This document shows, in pieces, positions 38,397 through 48,025 of a DNA stretch of 64,000 bases. Position 1 is the stretch's first letter; the number at the start of each line of letters is the position of its first letter. The DNA lies in contig JBBRRY010000007.1 of assembly GCA_038245905.1 (NCBI GenBank), forward strand, positions 32,001-96,000, in the 5' to 3' direction. A program made the translations under genes and the position numbers. A model generated the notes under the pieces. That model saw only the letters and a list, made by a program, of their open reading frames with translations, was not told the DNA's origin and did not search any database. The DNA is from Thermoanaerobaculia bacterium (lineage in GTDB: Bacteria; Acidobacteriota; Thermoanaerobaculia; UBA5066).

Positions 38397-39291
38397 TCGA
38401 CTCCTTCGCGCGGCCTGTCGAGTTTCAGCGGCGCTGCTGGCTTGCCTGGCGACGGGTTCTCAAGGCGCCGAAATCGTGCTGCCCGCTCTCGCCGCTCATG
38501 TGGAAGGAGCGAACGGGTCGGTCTGGGCGAGTGAGGTTCGCGTGACGAACTTCTCTTCGGTCCCCAGAACCATCCGGATCGTCGACTGGATCGGAGCGCC
38601 AGGATGGATTCCGAGCACGTATTCTCTTCCGCCGGGAGCCACGACGTCGATCTCGGCGTGGTCCATTTATGCGGGCAGCCGCGCGAACGAAGGTTCTCTC
38701 AGGTCTCCGAACCCCTTCGGGGCAGCCGTCGCGGACGTGGAGGACGGTTTGTTCGTCCAGACCGCCATCCTTACGGGTAGCCCACGCGGGGAGTTTGGAA
38801 CAGCGGGCGACTTCGCCCGCTGCTCAGAATGGACTGGTGGATGGCTCTATCCCGTCGGCGGCATTTTTCTCCCGGACGGGACGGAGTTAAACACGGACGG
38901 ATGCAATGAAGGCGCAGGACCCGTCATCGACAACGCTTCCACCTTTTTCCCAGCTGGTACTCAGATCCTCCTCTCTTGGCTCCACACGGACTCGAAGCGG
39001 CGCGTGAACCTCTCGTTCGTCAACCCGGACGCGGTGGCGGCGGACGTCACGATATCCGTGTATCCCGCCGACGGCGCGTCTCCGCTCATCGCCCACGTAA
39101 CGGTGCCCGCGCGCACGGTCTCTCAAATCAACGATATCTTCTCGACGTACTTCAGCAGCGTTCGCGCGCGGAATGAAGCGCTGAAGGCCGTCGCTGCTCG
39201 CGCCACGATCGTGGCGACGACTCGGCTCTACCCTCTCGCGTACGTCATCAGTAACCAGAACAATACCGTCTCGCTCTCGCTTCCGCGCTGA
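38386..39291 (+). CDS. Secreted beta-rich hypothetical protein (lineage-type repeat domain)
   Basis: Signal peptide, VLPALAAHVEGANGSVWASEVRVTN, RRVNLSFVN, AYVISNQNN. Similar pattern to 26499-27311. Confidence 0.7.
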   Translation: MLTDRLLRAACRVSAALLACLATGSQGAEIVLPALAAHVEGANGSVWASEVRVTNFSSVPRTIRIVDWIGAPGWIPSTYSLPPGATTSISAWSIYAGSRANEGSLRSPNPFGAAVADVEDGLFVQTAILTGSPRGEFGTAGDFARCSEWTGGWLYPVGGIFLPDGTELNTDGCNEGAGPVIDNASTFFPAGTQILLSWLHTDSKRRVNLSFVNPDAVAADVTISVYPADGASPLIAHVTVPARTVSQINDIFSTYFSSVRARNEALKAVAARATIVATTRLYPLAYVISNQNNTVSLSLPR

Positions 39292-39335
39292 GTGTGCACG
39301 CCCCTAGGAGCCCGGCTGGTCCCCCAGACGGACTC

Positions 39336-40244
39336 CTAGTTGTTTCGCCGGTCGAGACCCCGGTCGTCCCACGACGCGGGATCCTCGAGCGGTTCGAGGT
39401 GGGTCAGAACACTGCTGCCGGGAAGGGCTTCGGCCACGCCGCGCTCGATTTCTTCGCAGACGTCGTGGCCGCGTTTGACGGGCCAGGCACCCGGCACGAG
39501 GACGTGCATCTGGATGAATCGGCGCGGGCCGGCGGCGCGCGTTCGAAGGCCGTGGATGACGACGCCGCGGGCGTGAAAGCGCTCGAGCAGGCCCGCGAGG
39601 GCGGCCTGATCGTCGTCCGCGATCGCCCGGTCGAGGAGGCCGTGACTCGTTTGCTGAAGCAGGCGGACGCCCGTCCAGACGATGTTCGCGGCGACCAGGA
39701 GGGCGACGATGGGATCGAGGACCAGCCAGCCCGTCGCCCTCACGAGGAGGACGCCCACGAGTACGCCGGCGGACGTCCAGACGTCCGTCAACAGGTGTTG
39801 GGCGTCGGCGGCGAGAGTGATGGAGCGCAGGCGCTTCCCGGCCCGTAGGAGGGCGACCGCGACGCCGCCGTTGATCGCGGATGCGAGCACCGAGATCCCG
39901 AGACCCAGCCCCACGTTCTCGATCGGCTGGAGGTTCCGGAGGCGGTCGATGGCCGCGACCGCGATCGCGGCTGCCGCGGCGAGAATCATCATTCCCTCGA
40001 ATCCGCTCGAGAGATATTCGGCCTTCGTATGGCCGAACTCATACGTAGCGTCGGCGGGCTTGCTCGCGCGCCAAAGGGCCCAGAGGGCGACGAGCGCCGC
40101 GAGAAGATTCACGCCGGACTCGGCCGCATCGGACAGGAGGCCGACGGAGCCGGTGAGCTTCCACGCGTAGACCTTCAGACCGATCGTCGAGACCGCGGCC
40201 GCGATCGAGATTCCTGCATAGAACGTCGCGGGACGATCCGCCAT
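39336..40244 (-). CDS. Cation diffusion facilitator (FieF-like)
   Basis: GSVGLLSDAAES, FGHTKAEY, ADAQHLLTDVWTS, HGLRTR, THLEP. Confidence 0.92.
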   Translation of the reverse strand: MADRPATFYAGISIAAAVSTIGLKVYAWKLTGSVGLLSDAAESGVNLLAALVALWALWRASKPADATYEFGHTKAEYLSSGFEGMMILAAAAAIAVAAIDRLRNLQPIENVGLGLGISVLASAINGGVAVALLRAGKRLRSITLAADAQHLLTDVWTSAGVLVGVLLVRATGWLVLDPIVALLVAANIVWTGVRLLQQTSHGLLDRAIADDDQAALAGLLERFHARGVVIHGLRTRAAGPRRFIQMHVLVPGAWPVKRGHDVCEEIERGVAEALPGSSVLTHLEPLEDPASWDDRGLDRRNN

Positions 40245-40317
40245 CGTCGGGAGGTTGAGATGCGGTGCGCACCTCGTCAAGCGGGAGGATGCATCAGCGT
40301 CCTGCTAGGCTCGGGGC

Positions 40318-41382
40318 ATGCGGGCACTCGTCTGCGACGGGCCGGGGCGGGTGGCCCTCCGTGAGGTCGCGACCCCGGAGCCGGGGCCGGGCGAGGTCCT
40401 CGTGCGCGTGGCCGTCGCGCTCACGTGCGCGACCGATTTCAAGATTCTGAAGCGGGGCCATCCGAAGATCCCGTTCCCTCTCACGCTCGGCCACGAGTTC
40501 GCGGGCCGGATCGAAAGAGCGGGCGCGGGGACGCCCTTCGACGTGGGGGATCGCGTGACGTCGGCGGTGTCGGGCCCGTGCGGAGACTGCGAGACCTGCC
40601 GTGCCGGCCGGCAGAACCTCTGCGCGTCGGCTTTCGACCAGCCGCTCTTCGGGGCCTTCGCGGACTTCATTCTCGTCCCGAAGCGCATCGTGAGGAACGG
40701 GCTGAGGCGGATTTCTGAAGGACTCTCAGACGAAGCGGCTGCCCTCCTCGATCCGCTGGCGAGTGTCGTGCACGCGATCGGCCGGGTGGAGAGGTCCATG
40801 GGCGGCGACGTTCTGATCGTTGGCACCGGCCCGATCGCGGCGATGCTGTTTTTTCTCTTGAGCGGGAAAAAGAAGGAGACGGAGAGGACGGGCGCGGAAC
40901 GCCGGATTGTCGTCGCGGGACGGCGGGAGGAGAGACTCGTTTTCTTTGAAAGGAACAGAGCGGAGATTGTGCGCATCGCCGACCCTTTGCGCGAGCCGGC
41001 CGCCGGAGCCTCCGGTCTCCTCTTCACCTTCAAAGAAAATCCCCGGTCTTTCTCTCTCGTCATCGACACGACCGGCGCTGCCGGCGTGATCGAAGCGCTG
41101 CCCGGACTCGCCGCGGACGGCGGGACAGTGCTCCTCTTCGCCGGGCTGCCCGCCGGGGCTCGTGTCTCCCTCGACGCGCACGCGATCCACTACCGCGAGG
41201 TGTCGATCGTCGGCTCGTTCCACTACACGCCGCAGGAAGTTGATGAAGCCCTCACGCTCCTTTCGAAGGGAGCGGTCCCGGCCTCGGAGGTCGTCTCAGC
41301 GGCTCGCCCTCTCGCCGACTGGCGGGTCGCGTTCGATCTCGTGAAGGGCGGCGCCACGATGAAGGTTGGTCTCGTCCCGTGA
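40318..41382 (+). CDS. Zn-dependent alcohol/polyol dehydrogenase
   Basis: CATD, GHEFAG, CGDCETC..C, GTGPIA. Atypical segment in the Rossmann region. Confidence 0.85.
   Translation: MRALVCDGPGRVALREVATPEPGPGEVLVRVAVALTCATDFKILKRGHPKIPFPLTLGHEFAGRIERAGAGTPFDVGDRVTSAVSGPCGDCETCRAGRQNLCASAFDQPLFGAFADFILVPKRIVRNGLRRISEGLSDEAAALLDPLASVVHAIGRVERSMGGDVLIVGTGPIAAMLFFLLSGKKKETERTGAERRIVVAGRREERLVFFERNRAEIVRIADPLREPAAGASGLLFTFKENPRSFSLVIDTTGAAGVIEALPGLAADGGTVLLFAGLPAGARVSLDAHAIHYREVSIVGSFHYTPQEVDEALTLLSKGAVPASEVVSAARPLADWRVAFDLVKGGATMKVGLVP
40928..41060. repeat. Dispersed motif cluster 5 (convergent pair inside the ADH gene)
   Basis: + core TTCTTTGAA 40942-40950 (GTTTTCTTTGAAAGGAACAGAG). - core at 41029-41037 reads AGACCGGGGATTTTCTTTGAAGGTGAAGAGG. 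Centres are 87 bp apart. Confidence 0.8.
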
Positions 41383-42395
41383 AGGCGGTTCTCGTGCGGT
41401 CCCTCGACGACATCGCAATCGTGGAGATGGAGGCGCCCCGGCCGGGCCCCGGAGAGATCGTCGTCGCGATGAAGGTCGTGGGCATCTGCGGCAGCGATAC
41501 GACTCCGTGGTACGTGGCGACGAAGGCCCCGGTCGTCCTCGGACACGAACCGTCGGGCGTCGTCGCGGAGACGGGGGCGGGCGTCACGTCGTTTCACACG
41601 GGAGATCGCGTCGTCGTCCACCATCACGCCGCGTGCGGCATCTGCCGTTACTGCCGCGCGGGCGAGGACGTCATGTGCGCGGAGTGGAAGAGGACGCGGC
41701 TTCACCCGGGCGGTCTCGCCGAGCGCGTTCGGGTCGAGGCGGCCGCGGTCGCCACGGACACGCTGCGTTTCCAGGACAGCCTTTCCTTCGAGGACGGCGC
41801 TCTCGTCGAGCCGCTCGCTTGCGCCGTGAAAGCGGTGCGCCGCGCACGCGTCGGCGCGGGGGACGCGGTCCTCGTGATCGGGCTCGGGGCGAATGGCATC
41901 ATGCTCGGCCTCGCCGCACGGGACGCGGGCGCGGCGTCTCTCGTCGGGTGCGACCCGGATGCTCAAAGGAGGGCTCACGCTCTTCGGCTGGGCTTCGATC
42001 AGGTGCTGGCGCCCGAAGAGGACCTCTCTGGGAAAATGAAGAGCTGCGATGGTGCGGGCGCGGACGTCGTCTTCGTGCTGCCGACGGGCGAGGACGCGGT
42101 TCATTCGGCGCTCGCTTCGGCGGGGCCCGCCGGCCGCGTCGTCTTCTACTCGCCCGTGCAGCCTGGCAAGACGTGGATGATCGAAGCGCATCGGCCTTAT
42201 CTAAAGGACCTTTCGCTGCACTTCTCCTATTCCTGCGGCGCGGCCGACATGCGAGAGGCGCTTGCGCTCCTGGCGCGCGGCGCGGTCCGGTCCGCCGACC
42301 TCGTGACGCATCGCGTGCCTTTCGAGAGGGCCGCCGAGGCCTTCGCGCTCGCGCGCCGGGGAGGCGACGTCCTCAAGGTCGTCGTGACGTTCTGA
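41379..42395 (+). CDS. Zn-dependent alcohol/polyol dehydrogenase (sorbitol/threonine DH-like)
   Basis: GICGSD, LGHEPSG, CGICRYC..C, VEPLAC, GLGANG. Confidence 0.9.
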   Translation: MKAVLVRSLDDIAIVEMEAPRPGPGEIVVAMKVVGICGSDTTPWYVATKAPVVLGHEPSGVVAETGAGVTSFHTGDRVVVHHHAACGICRYCRAGEDVMCAEWKRTRLHPGGLAERVRVEAAAVATDTLRFQDSLSFEDGALVEPLACAVKAVRRARVGAGDAVLVIGLGANGIMLGLAARDAGAASLVGCDPDAQRRAHALRLGFDQVLAPEEDLSGKMKSCDGAGADVVFVLPTGEDAVHSALASAGPAGRVVFYSPVQPGKTWMIEAHRPYLKDLSLHFSYSCGAADMREALALLARGAVRSADLVTHRVPFERAAEAFALARRGGDVLKVVVTF

Positions 42396-43141
42396 AGAAA
42401 CGTCTGGACGTCGTTCTCGTGGAGCGCGGGCTCGCCGAGTCGCGAACGCGGGCCGAAGCGCTCATCCTCGCGGGCCGAGTCTCTGTCGCGGGGCGAGAGC
42501 GGGTCAAACCGGGCACGCCGGTCGCGGAGGATGCCGAAATCCAGGTGGGGGAGCCCGAACATCCGTGGGTTTCGCGTGGGGGCGTGAAGCTGGACTTCGG
42601 ACTCACACATTTCGGAATCGAGGCGAAGGGGCGGGTGTGTCTCGACGTCGGCGCCTCGACGGGCGGATTCACGGACGTGCTTCTCGCCCGAGGCGCGTCG
42701 CGGGTTTACGCCCTCGATGTTGGCTACGGCCAGCTCCACGCCCGGCTCCGGAGCGATCCGCGCGTCGTGGTGCGCGAGAGGTTGAATGCGCGGTTCCTGT
42801 CGCGCCGCGACGTACCGGAAGAGCCGTCGCTTCTCGTGGCGGACGTGTCGTTCATCTCGCTCACCCTGATTCTTCCGTCGGTCGTGCCGCTTCTCGCGGA
42901 AGGAGCCGACGCTCTATTCCTCGTGAAGCCGCAGTTCGAAGCGGAGCGGCGCGAGGTGGGACGCGGGGGAATCGTGCGCGACGAGGGTGTGCGCGCGCGC
43001 GCGGCGGCCCGCGTGAGTGCGGCAGCCGCGTCGCTCGGCCTTGCGAGCCGCGGGGTGATTCCCTCTCCGATCACGGGGGCGGAGGGAAACGTGGAGCTCC
43101 TCGCCGCGTTCCGCCGGAATCCCGCTACACTTCGGGGGTGA
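42392..43141 (+). CDS. tlyA: TlyA rRNA 2'-O-methyltransferase
   Basis: KKRLDVVLVERGL (S4 domain), VSRGGVKL, DVGASTGGFTD, DVSFISL, VKPQFE, SPITGAEGNVE. Probable CTG start. Confidence 0.93.
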   Translation: MKKRLDVVLVERGLAESRTRAEALILAGRVSVAGRERVKPGTPVAEDAEIQVGEPEHPWVSRGGVKLDFGLTHFGIEAKGRVCLDVGASTGGFTDVLLARGASRVYALDVGYGQLHARLRSDPRVVVRERLNARFLSRRDVPEEPSLLVADVSFISLTLILPSVVPLLAEGADALFLVKPQFEAERREVGRGGIVRDEGVRARAAARVSAAAASLGLASRGVIPSPITGAEGNVELLAAFRRNPATLRG

Positions 43142-44046
43142 AAGCCGCGAAGCCCGGGGGCCGCCGTGTCCGGCGCGTGGGTCTCGTGACCCGCCACCGG
43201 AGCACCGCCGCGATCGCCCTCGCGCGCAAGCTCGAGCGCCTCCTCGTGCGGCGGGGAATCACGGTCCTCCACGATCTCGAATCGTCGCGCGCCCGCGGCG
43301 TTTCCGGCGGGGCTCCGCGCGCGCAGATTGCGCGGCTCGTCGATCTCGTCGTGACCCTCGGAGGCGACGGAACGCTTCTCTCGGTGGCCCGCCATCCGGC
43401 CCCCGGCGTTGCGGTGCTTGGGATCGACATCGGCAGACTGGGGTTTCTTACGACCTGCCGGCCGGACGAGGCGGGCCCGGTGCTCGAGGCTGCGCTCGCG
43501 GGGACGGCGCACGTGGAGAAACGCCGTCTGCTGTCGGTCCGTGTGACGGAGGGCGCGCGCGCCCCGCGCGCCTCGCGCCTCTACCGGATCGTGAACGACG
43601 CTGTCCTCTCCAAGTCGGCGCTCGCGCGCATCGCCACGATCCGCGTCGACGTGAATGACCGTCTCGTGTCGCGGTACCGGGGAGACGGGCTGATCGTGTC
43701 CACGCCGACGGGTTCCACCGCCTATAACCTCTCGGCGGGTGGCCCCATCCTCGAGCCCACGCTGGCGGCGCTCGTCCTCACGCCGATCTGTCCGCACACG
43801 CTGACGCTGAGGCCTCTCGTGCTTCCCGATTCGGTCCGGCTCGATCTTTCGGTGGAGGACGATCCGGCGGACGTGTTCCTGACCCTGGACGGACAGGAAG
43901 GGTTTCCAGTGAGCTCCACGACGCGCATCTCGATCGCGCGCTCCTCCGAGACCGTGTCGTTGGTGCGGGCTTCGGAGGCCTCGTTCTTCGAGGTTCTCGC
44001 CGGAAAGCTCTCGTTCGGCGGTGAGCGGGATAGCGCGGCGCGGTAA
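43138..44046 (+). CDS. nadK: NAD+ kinase
   Basis: LGGDGT, GRLGFL, VND, GDGLIVSTPTGSTAYNLSAGGP. Confidence 0.95.
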   Translation: MKAAKPGGRRVRRVGLVTRHRSTAAIALARKLERLLVRRGITVLHDLESSRARGVSGGAPRAQIARLVDLVVTLGGDGTLLSVARHPAPGVAVLGIDIGRLGFLTTCRPDEAGPVLEAALAGTAHVEKRRLLSVRVTEGARAPRASRLYRIVNDAVLSKSALARIATIRVDVNDRLVSRYRGDGLIVSTPTGSTAYNLSAGGPILEPTLAALVLTPICPHTLTLRPLVLPDSVRLDLSVEDDPADVFLTLDGQEGFPVSSTTRISIARSSETVSLVRASEASFFEVLAGKLSFGGERDSAAR

Positions 44047-44053
44047 CGGAGAG

Positions 44054-47000
44054 ATGCACCGCCTTCCGCAGCTCTCCCTCACTCAGGTCCGGCTCTTCCG
44101 TCTCTTCACGCTTCTTCTCGTCTTCTCCCTCCTCGTCCTTTACGGCGTCTTCCGCTCGACGCGCTTCCAGGAGCTTCTACGCCGGAGAACGGAGAGGTTC
44201 CTGACCGCGAAGATCGGGAGAACCGTCACGCTCGGCGGCTTCGACCTCGTGCTCCTCCCGTTTTCCGTGCTCGTCCGCGAGGTTTCCGTGGCCAACGACC
44301 CGCGCGGCCTCGCGGGCGCCATGTTTTCGGCGTCCGAGATCGAGGTGCGCGGCCTGCCGACGCTTTCGAAGAGCCGCATCGACCTTCGGAAGCTCCGCGT
44401 GGTTTCGCCGCGCGTGGTCATCGAGGCTTTTCCGGACGGCACCACGAACCTGACGGGGCCCCTCAAGGCCGTCGCGGGAGACGCCGGCGGGGGCCTGGAC
44501 ATCAGGCTTCAGGAAGCGATCGTCCAGAGGGCCTCGCTCCGGTTCCGGGACTGGGAAGCCGAAATCGATGCCCACCTCCAGGACGCCGCGGTTACCGCCA
44601 CGTCCGGGCGCAGCCGGACGGTGACGTACCTCGCTCTCGCGTGCCGCAAGGGCCGCTTCAAGCTGGAGAACAACGAAACTCTGGAATTCGCCCTCGGCGC
44701 GGAGGTGACGCTCGCGCCGGGGCGCGTCCACCTGACGGGACTCAGGCTTCGCGGCGAGCGTCTGAAGGTCGAGGCCTCCGGAGGAATCGACGACCTCCGG
44801 AAGCCGGTGTTCGCTCTCGTCGCACGGGCCGAGACGACCGGGGAATCGCTGTCGAGAGTCTTCGGCCTCGGCCTTCCGCTGTCGGGCCGCGTCCGCATGC
44901 ACGGCACGATGCGGTTCGGCGAGCCGGGCGGATTCCGTATTTTCGGTGCGTTCGATCTGCCCGCCGCCGCGTTCGGGCCCTTTCCGATGAACGGCGAGGG
45001 TCTGCTTCGCGTCGATTCGAAGGGGATTCTCGTGAACGTGACGCGCGCAAACTATGCGGGCGGAACGCTGGAGGCCCTGATTCAGCTGGAGCGGATCAAC
45101 AATCCTCCGCTTCCCGTGCGCATCGCCCTGCGCGGCCGCGGGATGGACTTCGAGCAGTTCTTCGCCGATCTCGGACTCAAAGGTACGGGACTCGTCGGAA
45201 GGGCGGACCTCGACACGTCCCTCACGTTCGGGCGGGGAGGGATCGAGCACGCGGACGGCATCGGACGAATCCGTGTCACGGCCGACGACGGCAGGCATTC
45301 GGCGGTACGCGGACGCTTCGCATTGCCGGTTTCCGGTGGCGGCCCTCTCAGGATTCGAGACGGACAGCTTCTCTTTTCCGGTGTCCCGTTCTCGACGGCC
45401 GGGGGTGCACGGATCCGCCTCGACGGCGGCCTCCGGCTCGGGACGTGGGAGCCCGATCTTCAGCTCGACATCGCGGCGGACGATCTCGCCGAGGTCGAGC
45501 GTCTCGCGGACAACTTCTATCCCGCGATCCAGAACGAGCCTCTGACGCCTCCGTTGAAGCTGGGAGGAGCCGGCCGCTTCGTTGCGCATCTGACCCGCAG
45601 CTTCAGCGATCCGCGGGTCGAGGGCCGCCTCACGGCCTCCCAGTTCGTGCTGCGCGGCGTGCGGTTCGGGACGACGTCGGTGGAGTTTCTCGTGGACCAC
45701 AACGTGGCCACGTTCTCCCCGTTCACGGCGAAAGACGGCGACGCCGGGCTCTCACTCACGGGAAAGATCGGCTGGGGCGGGCCCCTCAAGGGAGCGTATC
45801 GCCTGGACGGCCTCACGGCGGATTTTTCGCGGTGGCCAATCGAGCGCGTGATGGCGTTCCTCGACCTCGACGTTCCGATCACCGGCGCGGTCACGGGGCG
45901 GCTGCCGCTCGATGGGGTGACTCCCGCCGTGTCCGGGCGAGTCCCGCTCGTCCTGACGGACGCGAGCGTCTGGGGACAGAAGCTCGACCGTCTCGAAGGC
46001 GTCGTCGCCTTCGAAAAGGACCGGATCGTGATCGAAGACGCCACGACGCGACTGGCGGCCGGGACGGCGAAAGGGAGCGGATTCTTCCGCTACGCCGACC
46101 GCGCGTACGCCCTCGATCTCGACGGGAAGGCCTTGCCGGTCGACCGTCTCGACGCGGCGACGGGGCTTGCGCTGACGGGCTCACTCTCGGGGCACATCAA
46201 GGGCTCAGGAACCGTCGACAAGCCGAACCTCGACGTGGCGGTGCGTATTGCCGATGCGGCGTGGAGCGGCAGTCCGCTTGGGCGCGCCGGGACCGAAGTC
46301 GAATTGAGTGCCAAAGGCGATCATGGCGCCTTTACGTTCTTCGTCCGTGCGCCGGAGGCGGCCGAAATCACACTGGCGCCCGACGGGGCGGAAGGCCGCT
46401 GGCGGGCCCGGCTCGACGTCGCGTCGCTGGCTCCCTTCGCCTCGCTGATCGGCGCTCCCGAGGACGCGGGGCTCGACGGGCGGCTCGTTGCCGAGGCGTC
46501 GCTGACAGCGGGCAAGGATCTCGCGACGTGGCGGGGCGAAGGCGCGGTGTCGATCGCGCGGGTCACGGCGTATGGGCGAACCCTCGACCTCCGGGGAGCC
46601 GCGCCGCTGCGCGTCACGGACGGAAAGCTGTTCCTCGAGCGGCTCACGCTCGCCGAAGCGCTTCGTCCGGAGCTCCCCGCGGGCACGGCGACGGCCTTCA
46701 CAATCGCAGGAAGCGGCGGCCTCACGTCTCCCTACGCGCTCGACCTGTCGGTGAGCGGCTCTTTCGACGCGACCCTCCTCAGACCCGCCCTCTCCGGAAT
46801 GAATGCGGCCGGGCGCGTCAGCGTCGACCTGAAGATCGGCGGCACGTCCGCGGCGCCCGCATTGACGGGGCGCGCCGCGCTGGATGGGGTCGACCTGTCG
46901 AATCCGGGCGGCATTGCGTTCGAAGCGATCACGGGAACGCTTCTATTTTCGGAGGGCCGGGTCACGTTCGGGGATCTCACTCTTCGCTACAGCGGCGGCA

Positions 47001-48025
47001 CGGTGGACGTGGGCGGATTCGTGGCGCTCTCGGGCCTCCGGCCCACGTCTTTCAGGCTGAGCGCGCACGTCGGGCACGTTCGCTATTCGCCGTTCGACGG
47101 CTTTCGAGGGACGTTCTCGGGAGATCTCGTCTTTCTCGGAGAAACGACCCTGCGCGCCGTTCGAGGCGACCTCGTCTTCGACAGGGCGCTCTACAACCGG
47201 GACTTCTCTCTGGACATCGCATCGCTTCTCGCGCGCAAGCGAGATGCATCCACGAGCCCGACGTCGTTCGACGCCGTGGCCCTCGACATCCGGCTCGAGG
47301 CGCCGCCGTCCTCGATCGAGGTACGCGCCAACGTGGCCCGCCTCAGGCTCTCGGGTGAGCTCTTCCTCAGGGGCACGGTCGGCCGTCCCCTTTTGTTCGG
47401 AGAGGTCACCGCGGAGGAGGGCGGCCGCCTCACGCTGCAGGGGCAGCGTTACGAGCTCGTTTACGGCAAGATTCTCTTCTCAAATCCGCTCCGAATCGAG
47501 CCGTTCTTCGACATCGAGGCGCGGGGCACGATCAGTCGTTATCAGGTCACGTTCGGCCTGACGGGGACGCCCTCGCGTCTCGCGCCCCGGTTCTCGTCGG
47601 ACCCCCAGCTTTCGGAGGCGCAAATTGTCTCTCTCATGGCCACAGGCGACATTCCGCAGAGCGCGGGAGTGGCCGTCGGACCGGCCCCCAGCTCGTCCGA
47701 CGAGTCGGTCTCCAAGGCCGCGCGCGAGCTCCTCGCGAGTCTCGCGACGGAAGCCGTCACGAGCCGGACGAAGAACTTCTTCCGGCTGGACCGGTTCCAG
47801 ATCGATCCGACGATCACGGGCACGTCGTTCGACGCGCCTCGCGTCACGGTGGGCAAGAGTCTCGGCAACAATTTCACAGCCACCGTCTCCTTCGTTCTGT
47901 CGAGCAACCAGCAGCAGATCATCACGCTCGACTATCAGCTGTCTCCCGCCGCCGTCATCCAGGCCAAGCTCGACGAGACCGGCGTCTACTCTCTCGAACT
48001 CCGGATCCGGCAGCGGTTGCGATGA
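44054..48025 (+). CDS. tamB: TamB/AsmA-like translocation and assembly module protein
   Basis: N-terminal TM, long beta-taco repeats, C-terminal DUF490-like FSSDPQLSEAQIVSLM..VTVGKSL. Adjacent to an Omp85 gene. Confidence 0.85.
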   Translation: MHRLPQLSLTQVRLFRLFTLLLVFSLLVLYGVFRSTRFQELLRRRTERFLTAKIGRTVTLGGFDLVLLPFSVLVREVSVANDPRGLAGAMFSASEIEVRGLPTLSKSRIDLRKLRVVSPRVVIEAFPDGTTNLTGPLKAVAGDAGGGLDIRLQEAIVQRASLRFRDWEAEIDAHLQDAAVTATSGRSRTVTYLALACRKGRFKLENNETLEFALGAEVTLAPGRVHLTGLRLRGERLKVEASGGIDDLRKPVFALVARAETTGESLSRVFGLGLPLSGRVRMHGTMRFGEPGGFRIFGAFDLPAAAFGPFPMNGEGLLRVDSKGILVNVTRANYAGGTLEALIQLERINNPPLPVRIALRGRGMDFEQFFADLGLKGTGLVGRADLDTSLTFGRGGIEHADGIGRIRVTADDGRHSAVRGRFALPVSGGGPLRIRDGQLLFSGVPFSTAGGARIRLDGGLRLGTWEPDLQLDIAADDLAEVERLADNFYPAIQNEPLTPPLKLGGAGRFVAHLTRSFSDPRVEGRLTASQFVLRGVRFGTTSVEFLVDHNVATFSPFTAKDGDAGLSLTGKIGWGGPLKGAYRLDGLTADFSRWPIERVMAFLDLDVPITGAVTGRLPLDGVTPAVSGRVPLVLTDASVWGQKLDRLEGVVAFEKDRIVIEDATTRLAAGTAKGSGFFRYADRAYALDLDGKALPVDRLDAATGLALTGSLSGHIKGSGTVDKPNLDVAVRIADAAWSGSPLGRAGTEVELSAKGDHGAFTFFVRAPEAAEITLAPDGAEGRWRARLDVASLAPFASLIGAPEDAGLDGRLVAEASLTAGKDLATWRGEGAVSIARVTAYGRTLDLRGAAPLRVTDGKLFLERLTLAEALRPELPAGTATAFTIAGSGGLTSPYALDLSVSGSFDATLLRPALSGMNAAGRVSVDLKIGGTSAAPALTGRAALDGVDLSNPGGIAFEAITGTLLFSEGRVTFGDLTLRYSGGTVDVGGFVALSGLRPTSFRLSAHVGHVRYSPFDGFRGTFSGDLVFLGETTLRAVRGDLVFDRALYNRDFSLDIASLLARKRDASTSPTSFDAVALDIRLEAPPSSIEVRANVARLRLSGELFLRGTVGRPLLFGEVTAEEGGRLTLQGQRYELVYGKILFSNPLRIEPFFDIEARGTISRYQVTFGLTGTPSRLAPRFSSDPQLSEAQIVSLMATGDIPQSAGVAVGPAPSSSDESVSKAARELLASLATEAVTSRTKNFFRLDRFQIDPTITGTSFDAPRVTVGKSLGNNFTATVSFVLSSNQQQIITLDYQLSPAAVIQAKLDETGVYSLELRIRQRLR

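Noticed and set aside
44064-44150. Pyrimidine-rich tract at the tamB start as another motif cluster
   Set aside because: No TTC-N3-GAA core. Explained by Leu/Phe codons of the TM anchor.
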